Assembly (NCBI GenBank): GCA_963758635.1
Contig: CAVWWD010000003.1
Span: forward strand, 416,001 to 480,000
DNA length: 64,000 nucleotides
Source: an uncultured Candidatus Rokubacteria bacterium
GTDB taxonomy: Bacteria; Methylomirabilota; Methylomirabilia; Rokubacteriales; CSP1-6
Direction: 5' to 3'
Below the pieces are notes generated by a model. That model saw only the letters and a list, made by a program, of their open reading frames with translations. It was not told the origin of the DNA and searched no databases. Shown here piece after piece: positions 29,790-40,018 of this stretch. Position 1 is the stretch's first letter. The number at the start of each line of letters is the position of its first letter. The position numbers and the translations under genes are program-made.

Positions 29790-31466
29790 TCAGCCGCCGA
29801 GGAGCATGCCGGCCTGGCCCACGCTGCCCGCGTGGAGGCGACGCATGATGACGGTGGTGACCACCACCGCCGCGTAGACGAGGGCGATCACCACCATCGA
29901 GAACGCGGAGGCCTGTCCCAGCTCGAGGTTGGTGATGCCCTCGAGGATGCGCACGGTGACGAGCGACCAGTTCAGCGACACGAGGAAGATCGTGGCGCTG
30001 ATCGCGGTCATGCCCCGGATGAACAGCACGGTCATGCCGGCGAGCAGCGCGGGCCGGATCAGCGGCAGCACGACCCGGCGGAACGTGGTGTCACGGCGCG
30101 CGCCGAGGCTCGCCGAGGCCTCCTCGAGCGACGGGTCGATCTGCGCGAGCAGCGCGGTGGTGGCGCGGGTGCCGGCGAGGCTGTAGCGGAACACGTAGCA
30201 GACGACGAGGATGAAGGCCGTGCCGGTCAGGGCGAGGGGCGGGTCGTTGAACGCGATGAGGTACGCGATGCCCACGATGGTGCCGGGTACCGCGTAGTTG
30301 ACCATCGCCGCGAACTCGAGGGCCCGCCGGCCGGGAAACCGCGTCCGCGCCACGAGGTACCCGAGGAGCACGGCGAAGAAGCCGCCCGCGGGCATCGCGA
30401 GGGTCGCGATGATCAGCGTGTCGCGCACGGCCTTGAGCCCGCCGCTGAACACGTGCTGGTAGTGGGTGAGGGACAGCGTGTTGTCCGCCCCGAGCGCTCG
30501 CACGAGCGACGCGGCGAGGATGACCCCGTAGAAGAACAGCACGAGCAGCACGACGGCGCCGCACACGACGCCGAGGGTCGCGATGGCGAGGGGGGACAGG
30601 CTCTTGATCCGGGTGGCCGCGCCCACCTTGCCGGTGACGACCACGAACGATCCGTCGCGCCCCTCCGTCCACCGCCGCTGGCCGATGAAGATGGCGAGCG
30701 CGGGCACGAGGAGCAGGAAACAGAGCGCGGCGCCGCCCCGCATGTCGTAGAGCCCGGTGATCTGGAGGAACGCCTGGGTCGGCAGGACCGGGAACTTCGT
30801 GCCGCCCAGGATCAGGGGCGTCGCGAAGTCGGCGAGCGACGCCGCGGAGACGAGGAGGAACGAGTTCGCCAGGCCTGGCGTGGCGAGGGGAGCGGTGACC
30901 GTCGCGAACACCCGGAGCCGGCGGGCGCCGAGGCTGAACGCCGAGTCCTCCAGGTTGGGGTCCACGTTGGCGAGCACGCCCTTGATCGTGAGGTACGCGA
31001 TGGGAAAGTACGTGAGGGTCTCGGAGAGCCACGTGCCGGACAGGCCGTAGATGTTGAGCCCGGTGATGCCGAGGACGTGATAGGAGAGCAGCCCGCGCGG
31101 CCCCAGCGAGAAGATCAGGGCGATGGCCGCGGTGAACGGCGGCGAGATGAGCGGCAGCAGCACGATCGCGTCGATGACCCGGCCGACCCAGCGGGGCAGG
31201 TTCGCCCGCACCGTGAGCAGCGCGAAGGCGAGGCCGAGCGCGGTGCCGGCCACGCCCACGAGCCCGGCGAGGAGCAGCGAGTTCCAGAGCGCGGCGCGGT
31301 GCTGCCAGTCGCCGACGAGGCCGCGCACGGCGCCGAGCGTCGGCCCGCCGTCCCAGAACGTGAGGAGCACCAGGCGCGCCATCGGGTAGAGCACGAACAG
31401 CAGCACCGCCGCCCACACGAGGAGGACCGCGGGCAGGAGGACGGGATCGCGCTGGGGCGACGCCAC
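29790..31466 (-). CDS. Iron ABC permease (FbpB-like, duplicated TM domain)
   Basis: Two EAA loops ([20 protein letters not shown]). Confidence 0.85.
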   Translation of the reverse strand: MASPQRDPVLLPAVLLVWAAVLLFVLYPMARLVLLTFWDGGPTLGAVRGLVGDWQHRAALWNSLLLAGLVGVAGTALGLAFALLTVRANLPRWVGRVIDAIVLLPLISPPFTAAIALIFSLGPRGLLSYHVLGITGLNIYGLSGTWLSETLTYFPIAYLTIKGVLANVDPNLEDSAFSLGARRLRVFATVTAPLATPGLANSFLLVSAASLADFATPLILGGTKFPVLPTQAFLQITGLYDMRGGAALCFLLLVPALAIFIGQRRWTEGRDGSFVVVTGKVGAATRIKSLSPLAIATLGVVCGAVVLLVLFFYGVILAASLVRALGADNTLSLTHYQHVFSGGLKAVRDTLIIATLAMPAGGFFAVLLGYLVARTRFPGRRALEFAAMVNYAVPGTIVGIAYLIAFNDPPLALTGTAFILVVCYVFRYSLAGTRATTALLAQIDPSLEEASASLGARRDTTFRRVVLPLIRPALLAGMTVLFIRGMTAISATIFLVSLNWSLVTVRILEGITNLELGQASAFSMVVIALVYAAVVVTTVIMRRLHAGSVGQAGMLLGG

Positions 31467-31473
31467 TCCCTGG

Positions 31474-32473
31474 TCAGTCTTTGATCGTCTCGTTCACCCA
31501 GCGATCCACGAGGCGCTTGCGGTTCTTGCCGACCCACTCCAGGTCGACGGGCAGGAGCTTCGCCTCCTTCATCAGGGTCTGGACCGACGCGTCGATGCTG
31601 GCCCCCGGCAGCACCGGCAGCATGTAGAACGTCGTTCTTGTCGAGCAGGTCCTGCATGTCCTTCGAGAACGTCCAGTCGATGAATTTCGTGGCGAGGTCA
31701 CGGTTCTTCGCGCCCTTCACGAGGGCGATGGCCTCGATCACGGCGGCGACGCCCTCCTTCGGGAACGTCACGACCATGTCGTAGCCCTTCTTCTTGGCCT
31801 CCATGGCGTCGGGCATGTGCGCGACGCACACCATGGCCTGACCCAGCGCGGTGGGCACGGTGCAGCCGCCCCCGCTCTTCGTGTAGACCTGCACGTTCTT
31901 GTGGAGCTTCTTCTGGTAGTCGAAGGCCTTCTCCTCGTCCTTGCCGAACGCGTAGTAGATGGACAGCATCCGCGTGAGGGCGGTGCCCGAGGTGCGGGCG
32001 TCCGCGGTCTGGATCTGCCCCTTGAAGGCGGGGTCGAGGAGGTCCATCCACGAGGTGGGCGCCTTGACGTTGCTTCTCCTTGAGGAGCTTCGCGTTCGAC
32101 ATGAAGAGCAGCGTGTTCTTGCTGACCGCCGTGTAGTAGGCGTCCTTGTCCTTCAGCTCAGCGGGGATGCGGTCCCACGTGGGCGACTCTGTACGGCTCG
32201 ATGATCCCCGCTTCCTTCGCCGCCGCGAAGCCGTCGCCGGGCGCGCCCCAGATAGACGTCGGCGCGCGGGTTCCCCTTCTCGGCGGTGGCGCGGGCCACG
32301 AGCTCGCCCGTGGAGAGGCGGAGGAAGTTGATCTGCACGCCCGTCTTCGCGGTGTAGGCCTTGAAGATCGGCTGCGAGAGCGATTCCGGCCACGCGGTGT
32401 ACACGTTGATCGTGTCCGCCGCGTTGGCGGCCATCGGGAGCAGGAGCAGGAACGTGAGCGCCAGGACGAGCAT
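31474..32473 (-). CDS. Fe3+-type ABC substrate-binding protein; several frameshifts
   Basis: Signal peptide, LSTGE..AEKGNPRADV, ADARTSGTA, FPKEG. Confidence 0.8.
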
Positions 32474-32708
32474 GGCCGCCTCCTCGTACGACGGGTGGGC
32501 ATCGGACGGAGCCGGCCGCCCGAAGCGGCCGTACCCGGTCCAGTCACGGCGGCAATAGTGACACGGGCCGCCGCGGCCTTTCCAGGAGATTGCCGAGGAA
32601 GCGCGACACCCGTTGCGTTCCTCGCTCCGATCGCCGTGGGATCGCGCTCCCTTCCTCGACGACGCCCGGCGGATGACAGGCCGCGCCCGTCCGTGTACCT
32701 TCTCCCGC

Positions 32709-33653
32709 GTGACTCACGACGTGACGGCCGACCAGCTCATCAGGATCCTGTCCACGAATCTGCCGCCCGTGGTGCGCTGGGCGGGCGCGATCGCCCGGCA
32801 GCTCCGCCACCACGACATCGCGCTCGGCGGCAAGGCCTCCGGCTTCGCCGACACGGATGCGCTCACGCTCACGGACCTCTCCGTCCAGGAGCTGCTGGTG
32901 GCCGCCCTCCGCGACATGGGGCCGGCGATCCGCCAGTGCCGCATCGAGGCGGAGGAGGGCTCGGGGGATCTCGGTCGGTTCGCCCGCGAGGGCGAGTGGA
33001 CGCTGGCCATCGATCCGATCGACGGCACGCGCGAGTACCGGGACCGCACCGGCTCCGGCTACTCGGTGATGCTGCACCTTCGGAATCCGGAGACCGTCGT
33101 CTACTCGCTCGTGTACCTGCCGGAGATGGGCGATGGCGGGACCTGGCTCGAGGCGCGGCCGGACCGCGTCGTGCTCGGACCGGACGACGCCGGCCGCCCG
33201 GCCCGCGCGCTCCTCGACGCTCTCTCGCCGCTCGGCGCCGTGCGCCGGCCGGGAAGCCGCCGGATCCTCGTCAGCGGCTTCCTGGGCCGAGAGCGGGAAC
33301 GTGCCCGCGAGGTGACGGCGGCCGGGCTCGAGGGCGTCCTCGGCGGGGAGACCGGCGGCAGCCTGTTCCCCTTGCTCGCGGGCGGTGACCTGGCCGGCGC
33401 GGTCTACCACACGCCCAACGTCTACGACTTTCCCGTCTGCCTGCACCTGGCGAGGCTCCTCGGAGGCGACGCGGTGTGGGCGCACGACGGCCGCCCGGTC
33501 GACTTCCGCCGCGTGTGGCGCGACGAGCGCTCCGGCATGCTGCGGCTGCCCGGCATCGTCGCCTGCGCGGTCGACCCGGCGATGCTCCCTCCGCTGGCCG
33601 AGGTCGCGCGGCGCTGGAGCCCCGAGCGCTACGCCGCGGCCCCGCGACCGTAG
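32709..33653 (+). CDS. Inositol monophosphatase-family protein
   Basis: AEE and IDPIDGT motifs; TACCTT 7 nt before GTG, no RBS. Confidence 0.75.
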   Translation: MTHDVTADQLIRILSTNLPPVVRWAGAIARQLRHHDIALGGKASGFADTDALTLTDLSVQELLVAALRDMGPAIRQCRIEAEEGSGDLGRFAREGEWTLAIDPIDGTREYRDRTGSGYSVMLHLRNPETVVYSLVYLPEMGDGGTWLEARPDRVVLGPDDAGRPARALLDALSPLGAVRRPGSRRILVSGFLGRERERAREVTAAGLEGVLGGETGGSLFPLLAGGDLAGAVYHTPNVYDFPVCLHLARLLGGDAVWAHDGRPVDFRRVWRDERSGMLRLPGIVACAVDPAMLPPLAEVARRWSPERYAAAPRP

Positions 33654-33662
33654 GATCCGCGC

Positions 33663-33763
33663 ATGGTGCCGCTGGTCGGATACACGGATCGGTTCTCGGC
33701 CGCTACGACAACGCCGTGTCCCGCATCCTGAAGAACGTCATCGACCGCTTTCGGAGGAGATAG
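33663..33763 (+). pseudogene. Internally deleted remnant resembling N,N-dimethylformamidase beta-subunit family
   Basis: MVPLVGYTDRFS joined out of frame to YDNAVSRILKNVIDRFRRR*; family recognised from memory of the termini. Confidence 0.55.
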
Positions 33764-33765
33764 CC

Positions 33766-34431
33766 ATGAGCCGTCACATCGACCTCTCGGTGACCGTCGA
33801 CGACACCACCATGAGCCCGCCGTCCACCAACATGCGGCTCGAGGTCACGCCGCACCGTCGCGGGCCGGGGTTCTGGCAGGTCTCGAGCGTGCATCAGAGC
33901 CTGCACACCGGCGCCCACATCGACTCGCCGCTCCACGTGTTCAAGAACGGCATCACGACCGCGGAGATCTCCCTGGACCAGGTGATGGGCGAGGCGATCG
34001 TGGTGGACCTCTCGTTCGCGGGCGCGAACCACGCCATCACCATCGACGACCTCAAGAAGGGTGGGGCCGAGGACGTCCGCCGGGGCGACATCGTGCTCCT
34101 GCGCACGGACTGGACCGACACGATGTACGGGCGGTGGCCCGACTACTTCACGCAGTCTCCGTACTTCCCCCCGGAGACGGCGCAGTGGCTGGTCGACCGC
34201 GGGCCCAAGAACGTCGGCTTCGACTTCTTCGAGGAGTACTGCGCGCGGCTGCCCGACTTCTCGTCGGAGGACTTCGCGATGCACCGGGTGATCCTCGGCG
34301 CGGGCGTCGTGATCATGGAGGGGCTCACGAACCTGGGCGCGCTGCCGCGGCGTCGCGTGGAGTTCGCCGCGCCGTTCTACAAGATCGCGGGCACGGAGGG
34401 CGCGCCGGCGCGCTTCTTCGCCACCGTCTGA
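33766..34431 (+). CDS. Cyclase family metal hydrolase (kynurenine formamidase-like)
   Basis: HTGAHIDSPLH motif, IVLLRT, MEGLTNL; GGAGGAG RBS. Confidence 0.88.
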   Translation: MSRHIDLSVTVDDTTMSPPSTNMRLEVTPHRRGPGFWQVSSVHQSLHTGAHIDSPLHVFKNGITTAEISLDQVMGEAIVVDLSFAGANHAITIDDLKKGGAEDVRRGDIVLLRTDWTDTMYGRWPDYFTQSPYFPPETAQWLVDRGPKNVGFDFFEEYCARLPDFSSEDFAMHRVILGAGVVIMEGLTNLGALPRRRVEFAAPFYKIAGTEGAPARFFATV

Positions 34432-34460
34432 GCGGCCCGGCCCGCGCGGGCCCGGCCGCG

Positions 34461-36164
34461 CTAGTGGTCGAAGTGAAACAGCACGGTGGCCCGGCCGCCG
34501 CGGTGACTCGCCTCCACGCGGTCGGCGTAGCGGCGCAGCATGTACCCGGCGAGCTTCCTCTGCCCGTCCTCGGAGGCGATGATCTCCTCGTTGCTCGGAC
34601 GCCGGTCGGGCAGCTCGAGCGGCGCGCCGTCGTACGACACGCGCACGTCCAGGCTGAACTCGTCGAAGGCCGCCTCGATCGCCAGCGGCCCCTGAGGCTC
34701 GCAGGCGTCCGCGATGGTCTCGATCGACTGGGCGAGGTTGAAGCGCGCGCGATCGATCACGTCGGAGCGCGCGCCCCAGCCCGCGCCGTGCTCGTCCAGG
34801 AACTGGTCCGTGGCGCCCGCGCTCGGCTCGCGCGGATCCACGACGATGGTCGCCCGCCGCTTCATCCCCAGGCGGAACAGCGCGTTCAGCCCGATGGCCG
34901 ACAGCGTCCCCAGCACGAGCGACGTGCTGAAGAGGGGCCGGACGCCGGCCGGCAGGCCATCGAACACGCCGGGGAACAGGTCCACCGCCAGCCCGAGCAT
35001 GAACGACGCGCCGACCACGAACGTGCGCCGGGCGTCGAGCATCCGCGACGTGATGATCTGCAGCCCGTTGACGAAGATGAAGCACGCGGAGAAGACGAGG
35101 GCGGCGCCGATCACCGGGGGCGGCATGGCGAGGAGGACCGCGCTCACCTTGGGGAGGAAGGCGGTGGCGAGGAAGATGCCGCCGATGGCCCATCCCACGC
35201 GGCGGCTCGTCACCCCCGTGGCCCCCGCCAGCCCGATGCTGCTCGTGTACGTGGACACGCCGACGGTGCCGAGGAGTCCGGCGAGGACGTTGGTGACCCC
35301 GTTGGCGAGCACGCCCCGCTCGAGCGCGGCCAGGTCCGGCCGTACCCACTCCGCGTCGTTGATCTTCTGGGTGATCGTGAGGTCGCCCATGACGCGCACG
35401 ACGGAGCCCAGCGCGGCCACGACGAACGGCACGACCAGCGCGGCGTCGAAGGCCCATCCCGCCCGCGGCGGGCGCGGCACGTGCACGATCGGGGCGACGA
35501 GGACGCGATCGAGCTCGGGCGCGCCCAGGATCCCGACCGCCGCCGCGGCCGCATAGCCGACACCCATGCCGATCAGGGCGCAGAACAGGCGGGTCACCCC
35601 CTGCGTCCACACGTTGAGCGCCACCATCACCGCGAACGTCACGACGGCGACGGCGATGCCCGCGCCGCCCGCGCCGCCGGGCGTGTCGACACCCAGCACC
35701 GTGCGCAGGCCGAGCGAGCCGAGGGCCACGCCGATCATCACCACGACGAACCCGCAGATCTCCGGGGGGAAGAACGGGCGCAGCGCGCGCAAGCCGCGCG
35801 AGAGCGCGATCTCTCCGAGGCCGCCGAGCAGGGTCATGCCCGCCATGGCCGCGGGGCCCCCGATCTTGACGGCCAGGATCGCCGGCGTGAGGTAGGTGGC
35901 CGTGAACACGACGGGGCTCAGGACACGAGCGCCGACGGGACCGCGCGGAAGCGCCTGGAGGACGGTCCCCAAGGCGAGCACGAGCATCGACACACTCAGC
36001 AGGTCGAGCGACTCCTCCGGGGAGAGGCCGGCCTCGCGCCCGACCAGGAGCGGGAAGACGAGGATCACGGACACGAGGCCCACGTGCTGGAGGCCGCTCA
36101 GCACCGTGATCCCGGTCGGCGGAATGTCCTCGACCCCGTAGACGATCCCGCTCGGTTTCTTCAT
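34461..36164 (-). CDS. NCS2 xanthine/uracil permease with soluble C-terminal extension
   Basis: SGLQH, GLAGATGVTSRRVG signature region; ~140-aa hydrophilic tail. Confidence 0.8.
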   Translation of the reverse strand: MKKPSGIVYGVEDIPPTGITVLSGLQHVGLVSVILVFPLLVGREAGLSPEESLDLLSVSMLVLALGTVLQALPRGPVGARVLSPVVFTATYLTPAILAVKIGGPAAMAGMTLLGGLGEIALSRGLRALRPFFPPEICGFVVVMIGVALGSLGLRTVLGVDTPGGAGGAGIAVAVVTFAVMVALNVWTQGVTRLFCALIGMGVGYAAAAAVGILGAPELDRVLVAPIVHVPRPPRAGWAFDAALVVPFVVAALGSVVRVMGDLTITQKINDAEWVRPDLAALERGVLANGVTNVLAGLLGTVGVSTYTSSIGLAGATGVTSRRVGWAIGGIFLATAFLPKVSAVLLAMPPPVIGAALVFSACFIFVNGLQIITSRMLDARRTFVVGASFMLGLAVDLFPGVFDGLPAGVRPLFSTSLVLGTLSAIGLNALFRLGMKRRATIVVDPREPSAGATDQFLDEHGAGWGARSDVIDRARFNLAQSIETIADACEPQGPLAIEAAFDEFSLDVRVSYDGAPLELPDRRPSNEEIIASEDGQRKLAGYMLRRYADRVEASHRGGRATVLFHFDH

Positions 36165-36293
36165 GCGTGTACGGTACACGTTTTTCGCGCGCGCAGCGCC
36201 GTCCGGCCTCCCGTTGCCGGGGGACATGGGGTAAGCTCATGAGGCCTCGTTCGTTTGACACGCCGTTCACCTCACTGGAGGAGTGGAGACCGC

Positions 36294-37931
36294 ATGAAAG
36301 CCGCCGCCGCCATCGCCGAGATCCTCAAGCGCGAGGGAGTGGAGTTCCTCATCGGCTATCCCGTCAACCCGATCATCGAGGCCGCCGCCGAGGCCGACAT
36401 CCGCACGATCATCGTCAGGCAGGAGCGGACCGGCCTGCACATGGCCGACGCGGTGAGCCGGATCAGCTCGGGCGACCGGATCGGCGTCTTCGCCATGCAG
36501 CACGGGCCGGGCACGGAGAACGCGTTCGGCGGCGTGGCCCAGGCCTACGGCGACTCGGTGCCGATCGTCGTGCTCCCCGGTGGCTACCCGCGGCGCATCA
36601 CCAACATCCAGCCGAACTTCAACGCGTTCCTGAACTTCCAGCACATCACCAAATGGTGCGAGCAGGTCACGATGCCCGACGCGGTGCCGGACGCCATGCG
36701 GCGTGCGTTCACCCAGGTGAAGAACGGCCGCCCGCGGCCGGTGCTGGTCGAGTTCCCGGTGGACGTGCTCCGCGAGGAGGTGCCCGAGCCGCTCGCGTAC
36801 ACGCCGGCGCCGCGCCTGCGCACCGCCCCCGACCCGCGCGACGTCTCGCGCGTGGCCGAGGCCCTTGTCGCCGCAGAACGGCCCGTCATCTACGCGGGGC
36901 AGGGCGTGCATTACGCGCGGGCGTGGCCGGAGCTGCGCGAGCTGGCCGAGCTCCTCGAGGCGCCGGTGACGACGAGCCTCCAGGGCAAGAGCGCCTTCCC
37001 CGAGAGCCACCCGCTGTCGCTCGGGTCGGGCGGGCGGTCCATCTCCAAGCAGCTCCACCACTTCCTGAAGAACGCGGATCTCATCTTCGGCATCGGCTGC
37101 AGCTTCACCACGACGAACTACGGCGTGGCCATGCCCAAGGGCACGAAGATCGCGCACGCCACGCTCGACCCCACCGACATCAACAAGGACATTCCCGTCG
37201 ATCTGGCCCTGGTCGGCGACGCCGGCCTCACCCTGCGCGCGCTGGTGACCGAGGTGAAGGACCGGCTCAAGGGCGGGCCGCGCGGCCGCTACGGCGACGT
37301 GACCCAGGAGATCAAGAACCTCAAGACGGAGTGGCTGGCGCAGTGGATGCCGCGCCTCACCCAGGACACGAAACCGCTGTCGCCCTACCGCGTGATCTGG
37401 GACCTCATGCACACCGTGGACGTGGCGAACACGATCATCACCCACGACGCGGGCAGCCCGCGGGACCAGATCTCCCCGTTCTGGGAGCCGACCGCGCCGC
37501 TCTCCTACATCGGCTGGGGCAAGACCACCCAGCTCGGCTACGGGCTGGGCCTCGCCATGGGCGCCAAGCTCGCCGCGCCGGGGAAGACGTGCATCAACGT
37601 GTGGGGCGACGCGGCCATCGGCTTTACCGGGATGGACTTCGAGACGGCGGTGCGCGAGCGCATCCCGATCATGTCCGTGCTCCTCAATAACTTCTCGATG
37701 GCCATCGAGCTCAAGATCATGAAGGTCGCCACCGAGAAGTATCGCTCCACCGACATCAGCGGCGACTACGCGGCGATGGCGCGGGCCTTCGGCGGCCACG
37801 GCGAGCGGGTCACGGAGCCGCGGGAGATCGTGCCCGCCATCCGGCGGGCGATGAAGAAGACCGAGGAGGGCGTGCCCTGCCTGCTGGAGTTCATCACGGA
37901 GAAGGCGGAAGACTTCTCCATGTTCTCGTGA
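36294..37931 (+). CDS. Thiamine pyrophosphate-requiring enzyme (acetolactate synthase-like)
   Basis: RQERTGLHMAD, GPGTEN, GDAA...NN. Confidence 0.88.
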   Translation: MKAAAAIAEILKREGVEFLIGYPVNPIIEAAAEADIRTIIVRQERTGLHMADAVSRISSGDRIGVFAMQHGPGTENAFGGVAQAYGDSVPIVVLPGGYPRRITNIQPNFNAFLNFQHITKWCEQVTMPDAVPDAMRRAFTQVKNGRPRPVLVEFPVDVLREEVPEPLAYTPAPRLRTAPDPRDVSRVAEALVAAERPVIYAGQGVHYARAWPELRELAELLEAPVTTSLQGKSAFPESHPLSLGSGGRSISKQLHHFLKNADLIFGIGCSFTTTNYGVAMPKGTKIAHATLDPTDINKDIPVDLALVGDAGLTLRALVTEVKDRLKGGPRGRYGDVTQEIKNLKTEWLAQWMPRLTQDTKPLSPYRVIWDLMHTVDVANTIITHDAGSPRDQISPFWEPTAPLSYIGWGKTTQLGYGLGLAMGAKLAAPGKTCINVWGDAAIGFTGMDFETAVRERIPIMSVLLNNFSMAIELKIMKVATEKYRSTDISGDYAAMARAFGGHGERVTEPREIVPAIRRAMKKTEEGVPCLLEFITEKAEDFSMFS

Positions 37932-38043
37932 GCCCGGGCGCGTGGCCCAGTCATGAACGCGCGCAGCGGGCCGCCGCGCCGCTCAGGGGCCGTCTTCTTT
38001 CGCGAATGATGCGGACCGGCAGGCAACCTGTGGGAGGAGCGTC

Positions 38044-38928
38044 ATGACGGCACGCGGCATCAAGGTGGTGCGCGAGCATCTCGCCAAGCATCCGGCGCCC
38101 TCGACGATCGCGGCGCGCCGGGCCCAGTACGACCGCGCCGAGCGCGTGTTCAAGACACCGCCCGACGTGAGGATCGAGGCCGTCACCGCGCCTTCCGTGC
38201 CCGCGGAGTGGCTGGTGCCGCCGGGGGCGCGGACGGACGCTGCCGTGCTCTACCTCCACGGCGGCGGCTACGTGATCGGCTCGCCGCGCTCGCACCGCCA
38301 CGTGGCCGCGGCGATCGCCGCCGCGGCCGGCGTCGCCGCGCTCTTGCCCGACTACCGGCTCGCGCCCGAGCATCCGTTCCCCGCCGCGGTGGAGGACGCG
38401 ACGGCGGCGTACGAGTGGCTCCTCGGCCGGGGCATCGCGCCCGGACGCATCGTGGTCGCGGGCGACTCGGCGGGCGGCGGCCTGACCGTGGCCACCCTGC
38501 TGGCGCTGCGAGACCGCGGGCGCCCGCGGCCCGCCGCCGGCGTGTGCATCTCGCCGTGGGTCGACATGACGTGCAGCGGCGCCAGCTACGTGACGCGCGC
38601 CGAGGCCGATCCCATGGTGAAGCGCGAGGGCATCGTGGAGATGGCCGCCGCCTACCTCGCGGGCGCCGACGTGAAGACGCCGCTGGCCTCGCCGCTGCAC
38701 GCCGACCTCTCCGGCCTGCCGCCGCTGCTCGTCCAGGTCGGCCGGGACGAGGTGCTGCTCGACGACTCCACGCAGCTCGCCGCCCAGGCGAAGACCGCGG
38801 GCGTGGACGCGACGCTCGAGGTGTGGGAGGACATGATCCACGTCTGGCACTGGTTCCTGCCCATGCTGGACGAGGCTCAGCGCGCCGTCGCGCGCATCGG
38901 GGAGTTCGTCAAGGCCCGGATGTCCTGA
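38044..38928 (+). CDS. HSL-family esterase (alpha/beta hydrolase)
   Basis: HGGG, GDSAGG, E..LLDD, HVW. Confidence 0.9.
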   Translation: MTARGIKVVREHLAKHPAPSTIAARRAQYDRAERVFKTPPDVRIEAVTAPSVPAEWLVPPGARTDAAVLYLHGGGYVIGSPRSHRHVAAAIAAAAGVAALLPDYRLAPEHPFPAAVEDATAAYEWLLGRGIAPGRIVVAGDSAGGGLTVATLLALRDRGRPRPAAGVCISPWVDMTCSGASYVTRAEADPMVKREGIVEMAAAYLAGADVKTPLASPLHADLSGLPPLLVQVGRDEVLLDDSTQLAAQAKTAGVDATLEVWEDMIHVWHWFLPMLDEAQRAVARIGEFVKARMS

Positions 38929-38978
38929 CCGCCGCCGCCCCCGCGGGGGGCGCCCCGGTCGATCGCCGGCGACGCCGG

Positions 38979-39815
38979 TCAGCGCCGCTCGGCGGTGACC
39001 GGCTCGCCCTTCCGCCCGGACTCGAGCTGGGTGAAGGCGCCGGTAAGGGTGCGGGCGTCCCGTCCGATGGCGAAGCGCCCCGCGTAGCGATAGCGCGGGT
39101 TGTTGAACACGAGCTGAAGCGTCAGCTCCACCGCGTCTCGCTCCACCCGTCCCGTCCCCTTCTTCCAGACCTCTCTGGACTGGTAGTGGACCTCATCCAC
39201 GGTGATCTCGCGCCCCTGCTGGCGGATCACCCAGTGGCTGCCGTCCGGGAGAAGCCACGTGCCGGCGAGATCGGGCACGCGCGCCCACCACGACCATGCG
39301 CCCGCGCCGGCCACCAGGAGGAGCAGGAGGGCGACCGCGCCCCACGCGAGCGACCGCCGGCGGCCGGTGCGGAGCGCGATGGCCAGGCGAGTCACGTCGT
39401 TGTCCCAGCGCGGATCGGTCAGCTCGACGGCCTGCCGCGAGGCGAGCGGCGCCAGCTCGGCCGGAAGCTCGGCCGCCTCCGGCATCCGCGCTCCCTCGAC
39501 GAGCACGGGGACGACGCGGCAGCCGCGCCGGAGCGCCGCCGCGATCTCCAGTCGCACCAGGTCCTGGGGATCCTCGAGACGTCGCCGCCCGTCGGCATCG
39601 GCTTCCGTGAGCCATGTGCGCCCGATCACGGCGAGGAGCACGTCGGAGCGCGCGATGGCGTGGTCGATGGCCGCGACGTAGTCCGACCCCGCCGCGATGC
39701 CCTCCACGTCGCGGAACACGCGGTGGCGCCCCACGCGCTCGGCGAGGTCGTCGGCGAGGCGTCCCGCGTAGCCCGAGGTGTCGGCGCGACGGTAGCTGAT
39801 GAAGATCGTGGCCAT
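38979..39815 (-). CDS. Membrane-anchored TIR domain protein
   Basis: IFISYRRAD, VFRDV, LVRLEIAAAL; TM segment, then small beta-rich domain. Confidence 0.85.
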   Translation of the reverse strand: MATIFISYRRADTSGYAGRLADDLAERVGRHRVFRDVEGIAAGSDYVAAIDHAIARSDVLLAVIGRTWLTEADADGRRRLEDPQDLVRLEIAAALRRGCRVVPVLVEGARMPEAAELPAELAPLASRQAVELTDPRWDNDVTRLAIALRTGRRRSLAWGAVALLLLLVAGAGAWSWWARVPDLAGTWLLPDGSHWVIRQQGREITVDEVHYQSREVWKKGTGRVERDAVELTLQLVFNNPRYRYAGRFAIGRDARTLTGAFTQLESGRKGEPVTAERR

Positions 39816-40018
39816 GAGATGAGGACGGAGCGTCTCGTACGACCATAGGGCACCGCGCGGAGCTCACGCAAGGGAACGGGGGGGCCGCATCGTGCTGTTC
39901 GGGGACTACGTGACGCGCCGGCACGCCGAGTGGTTCCGCGTGCACATGCCGCTCTGCCTGCGGAACACGGGCGGGGCGCTGTGGATCGAGCGGGCGGCCT
40001 GAAGGAGGCGGCCGACGC

